Notes: generated from the letters alone by a model not told the origin. DNA of 24,000 nt from Pseudomonadota bacterium (GCA_022572945.1 JACZUY010000007.1:1-24000); one strand, 5' to 3'; positions 1-5,415 are shown, counted from the stretch's first letter. Program-made: numbers and translations.

Positions 1-156
1 GCCGATCGTGCCGTGGCCGATGAGCGCGACCCGCGCGCCCAGCTCCGACGCGCGAATGGCCGCGGCAAAGCCGGCCGATCCGGCGCCGATCACCGCCAGG
101 TCGAAGCTCTCGCCGCCGCCGACGGTATCGCGACGGGTATCGGTTCTCTCGCTCAT
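1..156 (-). CDS. merA: Mercuric reductase MerA, first 52 codons only (gene continues past the window start); no N-terminal HMA (NmerA) domain
   Basis: My own minus-strand translation from the ATG at 154-156 gives MSERTDTRRDTVGGGESFDLAVIGAGSAGFAAAIRASELGARVALIGHGTIG. This is the FAD GxGxxG fold and is clearly paralogous (about 80% nt by eye) to the merA fragment at 500-610. An AAGGAA RBS lies just upstream, and the gene sits directly downstream of MerR-type promoter P1. The redox CxxxxC lies outside the window, so the merA call rests on the paralog and on context. Confidence 0.75.
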   Translation of the reverse strand, partial: MSERTDTRRDTVGGGESFDLAVIGAGSAGFAAAIRASELGARVALIGHGTIG

Positions 157-195
157 CTCGGTTCCTTTGCGTCCCCGCTCCTCGTCTCGCCACGA

Positions 196-226
196 TAGAT
201 AGTGCCTGTAGTAACTACAGGTTCAA
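196..226 (-). promoter_or_regulatory. MerR-type promoter/operator P1 (TTGAAC-19 bp-TATCTA) with perfect dyad CCTGTAGT-A-ACTACAGG, driving merA
   Basis: Read on the minus strand: -35 TTGAAC (221-226), a 19-nt spacer (202-220) holding the dyad at 205-221, and -10 TATCTA (196-201). A 19-bp spacer with a centred dyad is the hallmark of MerR-family activated promoters (Tn501/Tn21 PmerT). It aligns with P2 and P3 to give the consensus gCCTgTAcCAaCTACaGGTTCAAGg. Confidence 0.75.
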
Positions 227-661
227 GGCCCATCGGGTAACAAAATCGTGAACCGCGAGCCGCGCTGGCCCCTCGAGATAGGCGATGGTGTTGTAAGCCG
301 GCAGAAGATCGCTGTACTTCGACTGGCGCAGTCCGCTGACCAGCTCGTCCTTCTGGGCGACGAGAGCGCGCCAGTCCTCCAGGTCGGCCCGGCCGCGAAT
401 TCCGGCAAAGCGCGAGGCGGCCTCGGCCTGGTGGAGCGTCTCGGCGGCGCGGATGAGGGTCTTCGAGGGAACGCAGCCGACATTGACGCACGTGCCGCCG
501 ATGGTGCCGTGGCCGATGAGCGCGACCCGGGCGCCAAGCTCGGCCCCCCGGATCGCGGCCGAAAAGCCGGCCGAGCCGGCCCCGATCACGGCGAGGTCGA
601 AGCCTTCGCTCCCGCCCTTCGCGGCTTCCGGGCTGCAATCCGCGGGGCTTCCGCCCATCAC
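215..661 (-). pseudogene. merA: Truncated merA remnant (5' third only, 148 codons): FAD-binding fold plus redox-active disulfide, then loss of homology
   Basis: The ORF reads ...FDLAVIGAGSAGFSAAIRGAELGARVALIGHGTIGGTCVNVGCVPSKTLIRAAE...YLEGPARL, then unrelated residues. Its stop codon (215-217) lies inside the P1 operator dyad. GGTCVNVGCVPSK is the class-I pyridine nucleotide-disulfide oxidoreductase/MerA active site. Full MerA cores are roughly three times longer. The start is ATGA-coupled to the merF stop (658-661). Confidence 0.8.
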
Positions 662-909
662 GATTCCTCGGTTTCCGGGTTGGCTTGCGCCGTAACACGC
701 TGGGCAACCGGCACGCGCTTCGACCGGCGGTAAAGCGCGTAGCCGGTCAGGCCGAGAAAGAACGCCAGCGCGGGAAACAGCACGTAGTCGAGGTAGCCGA
801 CGATCGCCGACAAGCCGACCGCCGTCACCAAAACGACCAGCACCGGGGTGACGCAGCAGATCGCCATGACCACCGAGCCGGTGATCCCCGTGCCGAGAAG
901 CTTATCCAT
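658..909 (-). CDS. merF: Mercury transporter MerF (2-TM, vicinal Cys pair in TM1; C-terminal Cys pair absent)
   Basis: MDKLLGTGITGSVVMAICCVTPVLVVLVTAVGLSAIVGYLDYVLFPALAFFLGLTGYALYRR... closely follows the MerF pattern (LCCFTPVLV...GLSALTGYLDYVLLPALA). The start is taken at the ATG at 907-909, inside the longer listed ORF 658..1272. Confidence 0.8.
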   Translation of the reverse strand: MDKLLGTGITGSVVMAICCVTPVLVVLVTAVGLSAIVGYLDYVLFPALAFFLGLTGYALYRRSKRVPVAQRVTAQANPETEES

Positions 910-926
910 GGGAACACACCTCGCTT

Positions 927-1691
927 TCAAGTCCCGGCCAGCATCGGCGTGAAGATCGCCTTGCCGGCCTGAAACGCCTCGTCGATCGACAGCCGGATTC
1001 CGTTCAGGTCCGGGTAGTTGGCGCCGCGCCAGCGGTCCAGATGCGCGTCCGAGCAGAAGAACGTCATCACCGTGCACAGCGAGCTGGCGGCGCAGGCGCC
1101 GGCGTAACGCAGCCCGACCCAGACCACGGCGCCTTCGGGCGTCGCCCGGTCGAGCGCCGCGCCGCGGTCGCGGGTGATGATCTCGATCGCCTCGCCGCAC
1201 GCGCGGCAACTGGAGTGGATGGCGACATCGCGGTCGCACATCGCGCCGACGCCGAGCGCGTCGATCGCGCACATCGCGCTGACCGTCGTGCCGCCGAGAT
1301 CGACGCGATGCCCGGTGTCGCGTTCGGTGAAGGGATAGGCGCCGAGGATGGTTTCGCCAGCGTCGTCCAACAGGATCAGGTCGCGCCCCTTCAGCTGCTT
1401 GAGCAGGCCGCGCACGGCGTCGGACCCGAGACCGGTCACGTCGCCGAGCGCGGCGATCGACGGCGCGTGCCCCCTCGCGGCGTAATGGCGCAATACCGCG
1501 CGGCGAACCGTATCCTCCGCCTCGCCGATCCCGCGCCAGCGGTCCTCGAGGCTTGCCAGGTCGATGAAGGCGTCGACGACCGCGCGCGCCTTGTCCGAGT
1601 TCACCGCCGACCAGTCGGGAAAGATCGCGCCGGGCCCCAGCGGGATCTCGCGCGGCGATGGCGCGGCATCGACCGTTTGGTTGGCGGTCAT
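927..1691 (-). CDS. merB: Organomercurial lyase MerB (254 aa, with an N-terminal extension relative to classical MerB)
   Basis: SAMCAIDALG...HSSCRACG...SLCTVMTFFCSDAHLDRW...SIDEAFQAGK aligns with R831b MerB YAWCALDTLI...SHCAATG...SFCCHVHFFAS..EDW...SVHEAFGLG. This covers the positions of catalytic Cys96, Asp99 and Cys159. Confidence 0.8.
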   Translation of the reverse strand: MTANQTVDAAPSPREIPLGPGAIFPDWSAVNSDKARAVVDAFIDLASLEDRWRGIGEAEDTVRRAVLRHYAARGHAPSIAALGDVTGLGSDAVRGLLKQLKGRDLILLDDAGETILGAYPFTERDTGHRVDLGGTTVSAMCAIDALGVGAMCDRDVAIHSSCRACGEAIEIITRDRGAALDRATPEGAVVWVGLRYAGACAASSLCTVMTFFCSDAHLDRWRGANYPDLNGIRLSIDEAFQAGKAIFTPMLAGT

Positions 1692-1710
1692 TCGGGCGAA
1701 TCCCGCCGTG

Positions 1711-2001
1711 CTAGTCGCTCTCGACGAGCTCGGAGGGGAACCCGATCCCGGCGGTCGCCGCGGTCAGCGCGGCCACGTCGACGCGGTCGTCGTCGAACGT
1801 CACCACCGCGGACTGCTCGCGGTACGAGGTCGTCACCGCGACAACGCCCGCGACCCGTTCGAGCGTGCGCTGGACGATATAGGGGCACGTCGCGCAATAC
1901 ATCGGCACGCGCAACGTCACGGTGCGCTCGCGCGCAGCCGCGCCGGGAGCGCCGGCCAGCAACATCGCCGCGAGCGCCAGCGCAAAGAGCCAATGTTTCA
2001 T
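1711..2001 (-). CDS. merP: Periplasmic mercury-binding protein MerP (signal peptide plus HMA domain, CxxC motif MYCATCP)
   Basis: MKHWLFALALAAMLLAGAPGAAA (signal peptide) followed by RTVTLRVPMYCATCPYIVQRTLERVAGVVAVTTSYREQSAVVTFDD...ATAGIGFPS. This parallels Tn501 MerP (TVTLAVPGMTCAACPITVKKAL...REAVVTFDD...ATADAGYPS). There is an ATGA overlap with the upstream gene. Confidence 0.88.
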   Translation of the reverse strand: MKHWLFALALAAMLLAGAPGAAARERTVTLRVPMYCATCPYIVQRTLERVAGVVAVTTSYREQSAVVTFDDDRVDVAALTAATAGIGFPSELVESD

Positions 2002-2276
2002 TTCGTGCTCCCGTCCTCAGAGGTCCAACTATGCCGGCGCGACGTAGGGATACGCCGCCGCCGCAACGCGCCCGCGCCGCGTTTACCGCCGTGGATCAAC
2101 CCATAGGCGAGAACAGCGACGAGGAGGGCGACGCTCGCGGCGAGCACCGGATCAAGCCCGCCAAGCCACGCCCACAACCAACCGATCGCCCCAAGAACAA
2201 CAAAGGGGGCGACGCAGCACAGGATCATGAGCGCCGCGCCACCGGCGATGCCGGCGGTCTTGAGCAATTCTTTCAT
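1998..2276 (-). CDS. Small 2-TM membrane protein with a vicinal Cys pair in TM1 (MerF-like putative Hg transporter paralog)
   Basis: MKELLKTAGIAGGAALMILCCVAPFVVLGAIGWLWAWLGGLDPVLAASVALLVAVLAYGLIHGG... followed by a basic tail. The LCCxxP motif in the first helix is as in MerF/MerT. It lies between the HMA gene and merP, and its stop overlaps the merP ATG (ATGA). The start is taken at the ATG at 2274-2276 rather than the TTG at 2297. Confidence 0.6.
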   Translation of the reverse strand: MKELLKTAGIAGGAALMILCCVAPFVVLGAIGWLWAWLGGLDPVLAASVALLVAVLAYGLIHGGKRGAGALRRRRIPTSRRHSWTSEDGSTK

Positions 2277-2306
2277 CGCATGACCCCAAACAACCAAACG
2301 GCACCG

Positions 2307-2828
2307 CTACTGAATGACCAGTGAGGGGTAACCGTATTTCGCGGTGGCCGCGATCAGAGCGGCCACGGTCGTCTTCGATCGGTCGTACGTGACCACCGCT
2401 GTGCCCTCGCGTCCCGAAACTTTGGCCTCCAGCACGCCCGGAGTCCCGGTGAGCGCCTGGTGCACGAAATACGCGCAGGATCCGCACCACATGCCGTCGA
2501 CCTTGAGCGCCACGGTCTCGAGTGTTGGTTCCTGAGCCGTGGACGGCGCCGTGGACGACGGCGCGGAAGACGACAGAACGCCCGGTGCCGCCGCAATCTC
2601 CGACGTTGTCGGCGCGAACACCCCGAATTCGGCGAGACGGGCTTCAAGCTCTGCCGCTTGGGATGCGGGCGATTCCTCGACGGTGGGTGACGGCGCGGTG
2701 GACGGCGGAGTGCCGGAAACCGCTGCAACCTCGGAGGATGTCGGCGCCAGGACCCCGGATCCAGCGAGATAGGCGCCGATTGCCAAAATAACCGCTCCGG
2801 CTGCTGCGATCGCGTTCACGCGTCTCAT
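2307..2828 (-). CDS. N-terminally anchored (or secreted) heavy-metal-associated (HMA) domain protein with a long Ser/Thr/Pro/Ala linker; MerP-like second metallochaperone
   Basis: It starts with a hydrophobic N-terminus, MRRVNAIAAAGAVILAIGAYLAG. A roughly 90-aa low-complexity linker follows, with an internal repeat (VLAPTSSEVAAVSG... / VFAPTTSEIAAAPG...). The C-terminus is an HMA fold: TVALKVDGMWCGSCAYFVHQAL...GTAVVTYD...ATAKYGYPS. Confidence 0.75.
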   Translation of the reverse strand: MRRVNAIAAAGAVILAIGAYLAGSGVLAPTSSEVAAVSGTPPSTAPSPTVEESPASQAAELEARLAEFGVFAPTTSEIAAAPGVLSSSAPSSTAPSTAQEPTLETVALKVDGMWCGSCAYFVHQALTGTPGVLEAKVSGREGTAVVTYDRSKTTVAALIAATAKYGYPSLVIQ

Positions 2829-2841
2829 TATCGGTTCCTTT

Positions 2842-3270
2842 TCATTCGACCCCGAGCAGGGCAGGCACGGCGTAAGGAAACGCCATGGCCGCGATGACCA
2901 GAACTGTCGAAGACCACAAAACGACCTTGTTGACGCGGTCGATTCCGGGCGCGGCGCAAGCGGCGCCGGACGCGCACTCGTCCGCCTTCGGTTTGCGATA
3001 AACCATATAGAACCCGCCGGCGATGAACCCGGCCGCGGGCACGAAGAAATACCATTTGTAGGGGTAGAGCGCCGTGAGCGTTCCGAGCCACGCGCCGCTC
3101 AGCCCCAGGCTGAACAGCGCCAGAGGCAAGACGCAGCACAACGACACCGCCAGCACGCCGAGGATGCTGCCGCCGGCGAAGACTCTTTTCTTGGTTTCCT
3201 CATCGACAGTGGTATCGGCCCGAGCCAAGCGTGGGACGTACCGGGCTGTCGAAGGATTTTGGTCGGACAT
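2842..3270 (-). CDS. merT: Mercury transporter MerT
   Basis: ...GGSILGVLAVSLCCVLPLALFSLGLSGAWLGTLTALYPYKWYFF...YRKPKADECASGAACA...VLVIAAMAFPYAVP matches Tn501 MerT (ACCLGPLVLIALGFSGAWIGNLTVLEPYRPIF...AACKPGEVCA...). The start is taken at the ATG at 3268-3270 (GGAG RBS upstream, downstream of P2), not at the listed upstream start at 3336, which would lie inside the promoter. Confidence 0.85.
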   Translation of the reverse strand: MSDQNPSTARYVPRLARADTTVDEETKKRVFAGGSILGVLAVSLCCVLPLALFSLGLSGAWLGTLTALYPYKWYFFVPAAGFIAGGFYMVYRKPKADECASGAACAAPGIDRVNKVVLWSSTVLVIAAMAFPYAVPALLGVE

Positions 3271-3301
3271 TGGCACTCCGGTAATCCTCGACATTCTGGC
3301 C

Positions 3302-3332
3302 AATCTAATGCCTATACCAGCTACAGGTTCAA
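3302..3332 (-). promoter_or_regulatory. MerR-type promoter/operator P2 (TTGAAC-19 bp-TAGATT), imperfect dyad CCTATA-N5-TACAGG, driving merT and the operon behind it
   Basis: Minus strand: -35 TTGAAC (3327-3332), 19-nt spacer (3308-3326), -10 TAGATT (3302-3307). It aligns base for base with P1 and P3. Confidence 0.7.
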
Positions 3333-3464
3333 GCATATTTCCTGGCGATAACGAATTCGTGAAGCGACGTATTCGCGCCAGGCGGCCTCGGCGATCACCA
3401 AGGCCACCGAAGTTCCCATGGGGCGGACGTGGACATCACATGAGTCATCCTCTTGCACAAGGTA

Positions 3465-4256
3465 TCAGCGCCGTCCCAGGGACGCGCGGGCGCGATACAT
3501 CGGCAGGAGCATGCGAAAGACCAGCCACCAAAGGACGACGCCCGCGGCGAACAGCGCGAGCAATATCTGCCACGACAAGTGTTCGATCTGGTCGCCCATG
3601 ACGACCATAAGGATGGTCATTGGGAGGATCCCTAGCCCCGTCGCCCAGGTGAATGTGAGCCACGAGATTTTGGTCAGACCCGCCGCGTAGTTGATGAGAT
3701 TAAACGAGATCACCGGCAGGAAGCGGCTCAGAAACAACATGCCGCCGCCCTGGCGCGCCGCCCAGTCGTCGAGCCGCGACAGTTGTTTGTCGGGCACCAT
3801 GACCTCGACAAACGGGCGCCCCAAGAGGCGCGACAGCCCGAACGCGAGATAGGCGCCGAGCATGGCCCCCGTCCAGGTGATCACGGTGCCCCAAAACGCT
3901 CCATAGATCATGCCGTTGGCAAGCGCCACGAACTCGGCGGGAAACGGAATGAACGAATGGACGACCATCAGGCCGATCGACGCGCCAACGCCCCACGGCC
4001 CCCATGACCTCACCAGCTCTTCAAACGCTGCTACCGAGACGCCTTCGTCGCCGAATATCCACATGTCGCCCACGAACACGCCCACGGCCAGGGCGCCGAC
4101 GATCACGATTACGAGGGCGGTGGCGACAAGGCGTTTTCGCGCCAACCAGGCCGATGGCTCGCGTCTCTGTTCGTGCGCCGACGCCGCGGCCCGCCGGTTC
4201 GCCGTTGCTTCCTCGCGCGGGCCTTCGTCGCGCGGGTATGATGAATTTTTGCCCAT
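3465..4256 (-). CDS. TVP38/TMEM64 (DedA superfamily, VTT/SNARE-associated domain) integral membrane protein
   Basis: 263 aa. The charged N-terminus is followed by several TM segments. The characteristic stretch reads ...HSFIPFPAEFVALANGMIYGAFWGTVITWTGAMLGAYLAFGLSRLLGRPFV...FLSRFLPVISFNLINYAAGLTKIS... and is typical of the PF09335 family. I saw no cysteine in it. A GGGAG RBS lies upstream and promoter P3 lies immediately upstream of that. Confidence 0.75.
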   Translation of the reverse strand: MGKNSSYPRDEGPREEATANRRAAASAHEQRREPSAWLARKRLVATALVIVIVGALAVGVFVGDMWIFGDEGVSVAAFEELVRSWGPWGVGASIGLMVVHSFIPFPAEFVALANGMIYGAFWGTVITWTGAMLGAYLAFGLSRLLGRPFVEVMVPDKQLSRLDDWAARQGGGMLFLSRFLPVISFNLINYAAGLTKISWLTFTWATGLGILPMTILMVVMGDQIEHLSWQILLALFAAGVVLWWLVFRMLLPMYRARASLGRR

Positions 4257-4274
4257 TCGTTGCTCCCGACTGTT

Positions 4275-4305
4275 AACATAAACCCTGTACCAACTACGGG
4301 TTCAA
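4275..4305 (-). promoter_or_regulatory. MerR-type promoter/operator P3 (TTGAAC-19 bp-TATGTT), dyad CCTGTA-N5-TACGGG, in the divergent merR / TVP38 intergenic region
   Basis: Minus strand: -35 TTGAAC (4300-4305), 19-nt spacer (4281-4299), -10 TATGTT (4275-4280). It lies between divergent merR and the TVP38 gene, exactly where the mer operator sits in Tn21/Tn501. A plausible overlapping plus-strand merR promoter has its -10 at CATATT (4308-4313). Confidence 0.75.
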
Positions 4306-4349
4306 GGCATATTTTGAACAAAACCGCCGCAGAAGGATCGTCGTATCGC

Positions 4350-4757
4350 TTGACCATCGGTGAGCTGTCGAAGCGCACCGGCTGCATCATCGAGACGATC
4401 CGCTATTACGAACGCATTGGGGTCATGCCCGCGCCGCCGCGCACCGCCGGCGGTCACCGGATTTACGACCGCGACCATCTCAAGCGGCTCAACTTCGTCC
4501 GCCGCGCCCGCGCGCTGGGGTTCACGCTCGATCAGGTGCGCGGGCTGCTGGCGCTCGCCGACGAGCGCGAAACCTCGTGCGCCGAGGTCGAGAGGCTGGC
4601 GCGCGCCCAGCTCGATCAGGTGCGCGCCCGCATCGACGATCTCGGGCGCATGGAAGGCGTGCTCGACGAGATGGTGGCGCGCTGCGCCGGCGGCAGCGTC
4701 CCCGAGTGCCCGATCCTCGAGGCCCTGTTCGACGGCGGCGACGAGGGCGTGGGCTAG
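4350..4757 (+). CDS. merR: Hg(II)-responsive transcriptional regulator MerR
   Basis: LTIGELSKRTGCIIETIRYYERIGVMPAPPR (MerR-family HTH) ...RETSCAEVERLA...RMEGVLDEMVARCAGGSVPECPILEAL. This aligns with Tn501 MerR HCEEASSLA...[28 protein letters not shown], so the three Hg-ligand cysteines (Cys82/Cys117/Cys126 equivalents) are present. The start is uncertain because there is no in-frame ATG or GTG. TTG at 4350 (AAGGA RBS at 4333) is preferred; TTG at 4314 is the alternative. Confidence 0.85.
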   Translation: MTIGELSKRTGCIIETIRYYERIGVMPAPPRTAGGHRIYDRDHLKRLNFVRRARALGFTLDQVRGLLALADERETSCAEVERLARAQLDQVRARIDDLGRMEGVLDEMVARCAGGSVPECPILEALFDGGDEGVG

Positions 4758-4778
4758 CGACATTGGCGGCGGAAGCGG

Positions 4779-4818
4779 TTGACAGGCGTTGAATCAGTAA
4801 CTACGTTTTTGTAGTTAC
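4779..4818 (+). promoter_or_regulatory. Putative brnA promoter (TTGACA-17 bp-TACGTT) overlapped by the perfect palindrome GTAACTAC-N6-GTAGTTAC
   Basis: TTGACA at 4779-4784, 17-nt spacer, TACGTT at 4802-4807. The 8-bp perfect inverted repeat arms lie at 4797-4804 and 4811-4818, 24 nt upstream of the brnA ATG. This is a typical autoregulatory operator layout for RHH antitoxins. The -10 match is weak. Confidence 0.45.
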
Positions 4819-4841
4819 ATCGAACTGATACCTCCGAGCCT

Positions 4842-5138
4842 ATGAAGAAGGCGGGTTCTAAATCGCTGACCCGGAAGCAGAAGGCGGAGCTCGAGGCGCT
4901 GGCGGCGCTGCCCGACGACCGGATCGACGTGAGCGACATCCCCGAGGTCCGCGATTGGTCGGGCGCCAAGCGGGGCCTTCTCTACCGTCCGGTGAAGAAG
5001 CAGCTCACGTTGCGCGTGGACGCGGACGTCGTCGCGTGGTTCAAGGAGCACGCGCGCGGCGGCCGCGGCTATCAGACCGACATCAACCGCGCGCTTCGCG
5101 AACACGTCGGCCGGCGCGAGAAGCTGGCCGGCCGATAG
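4842..5138 (+). CDS. brnA: BrnA-family (CopG/RHH-like) type II antitoxin, with no cognate BrnT toxin gene
   Basis: MKKAGSKSLTRKQKAELEALAALPDDRIDVSDIPEVRDWSGAKRGLLYRPVKKQLTLRVDADVVAWFKEHARGGRGYQTDINRALREHV matches the BrnA_antitoxin pattern (D..ID.SDIPE......RPVK.Q.T.R.D.DV..WFK....GYQT.IN..LR..V). Only 84 bp separate it from the merR stop, so there is no room for the upstream brnT normally present. Confidence 0.8.
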   Translation: MKKAGSKSLTRKQKAELEALAALPDDRIDVSDIPEVRDWSGAKRGLLYRPVKKQLTLRVDADVVAWFKEHARGGRGYQTDINRALREHVGRREKLAGR

Positions 5139-5148
5139 CCCGGCGGCT

Positions 5149-5226
5149 TGCGCCGGCGGCAGCGTCCCCGACTGCCCCCTCCTCGACGCACTGTTCGACG
5201 GCGGCGACGAGGGCGTGCGCTCGTAA
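5149..5226 (+). pseudogene. merR: Displaced 3'-terminal remnant (last 25 codons plus stop) of a second merR
   Basis: It translates to CAGGSVPDCPLLDALFDGGDEGVRS*, compared with intact merR 4683-4757, CAGGSVPECPILEALFDGGDEGVG*. There are about 6 mismatches in 73 aligned nt. No upstream merR sequence precedes it; homology stops at about 5148. Confidence 0.85.
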
Positions 5227-5415
5227 AGGGTGGGCTTGGCTGGGTCTCGACCAGCGCCGCCGATGGCCGCTCGGTGTCAGAAGTGGACCAAGGTTGGCTC
5301 GGATTGCTTCTCGCGGTTCAGCTCGTCGAGAAACGATCGGACACCATCGCGGCCCACCCCGGCGGCATTGCCAGAGCAGAATGCCCGCTCGTCCGGGCCC
5401 CCGCGACGCGTAATA

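Noticed and set aside
1041-2324. 427-aa plus-strand ORF, rich in Arg, Ala and Pro, spanning the merB/merP/merF-like region
   Set aside because: This is a typical high-GC antisense shadow ORF. It is low-complexity and overlaps three minus-strand genes that carry clear family motifs. The same reasoning applies to 153..707(-), 1564..2106(+), 2152..2490(-), 2354..2728(-) and similar ORFs.
3337-3464. Possible second merR (or remnant) divergent from P2, or a terminator for the TVP38 gene
   Set aside because: No MerR-like HTH peptide appears in any plus-strand frame. The only structure is a weak 7-bp stem with a 14-nt loop (about 3385-3412) and no U-tract, which is not enough to call a terminator.
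4758-4841. Possible brnT toxin or toxin remnant upstream of brnA
   Set aside because: Only 84 bp are available, occupied by a promoter-like sequence and a palindrome. No DUF497-like peptide appears in any frame here or elsewhere in the window.
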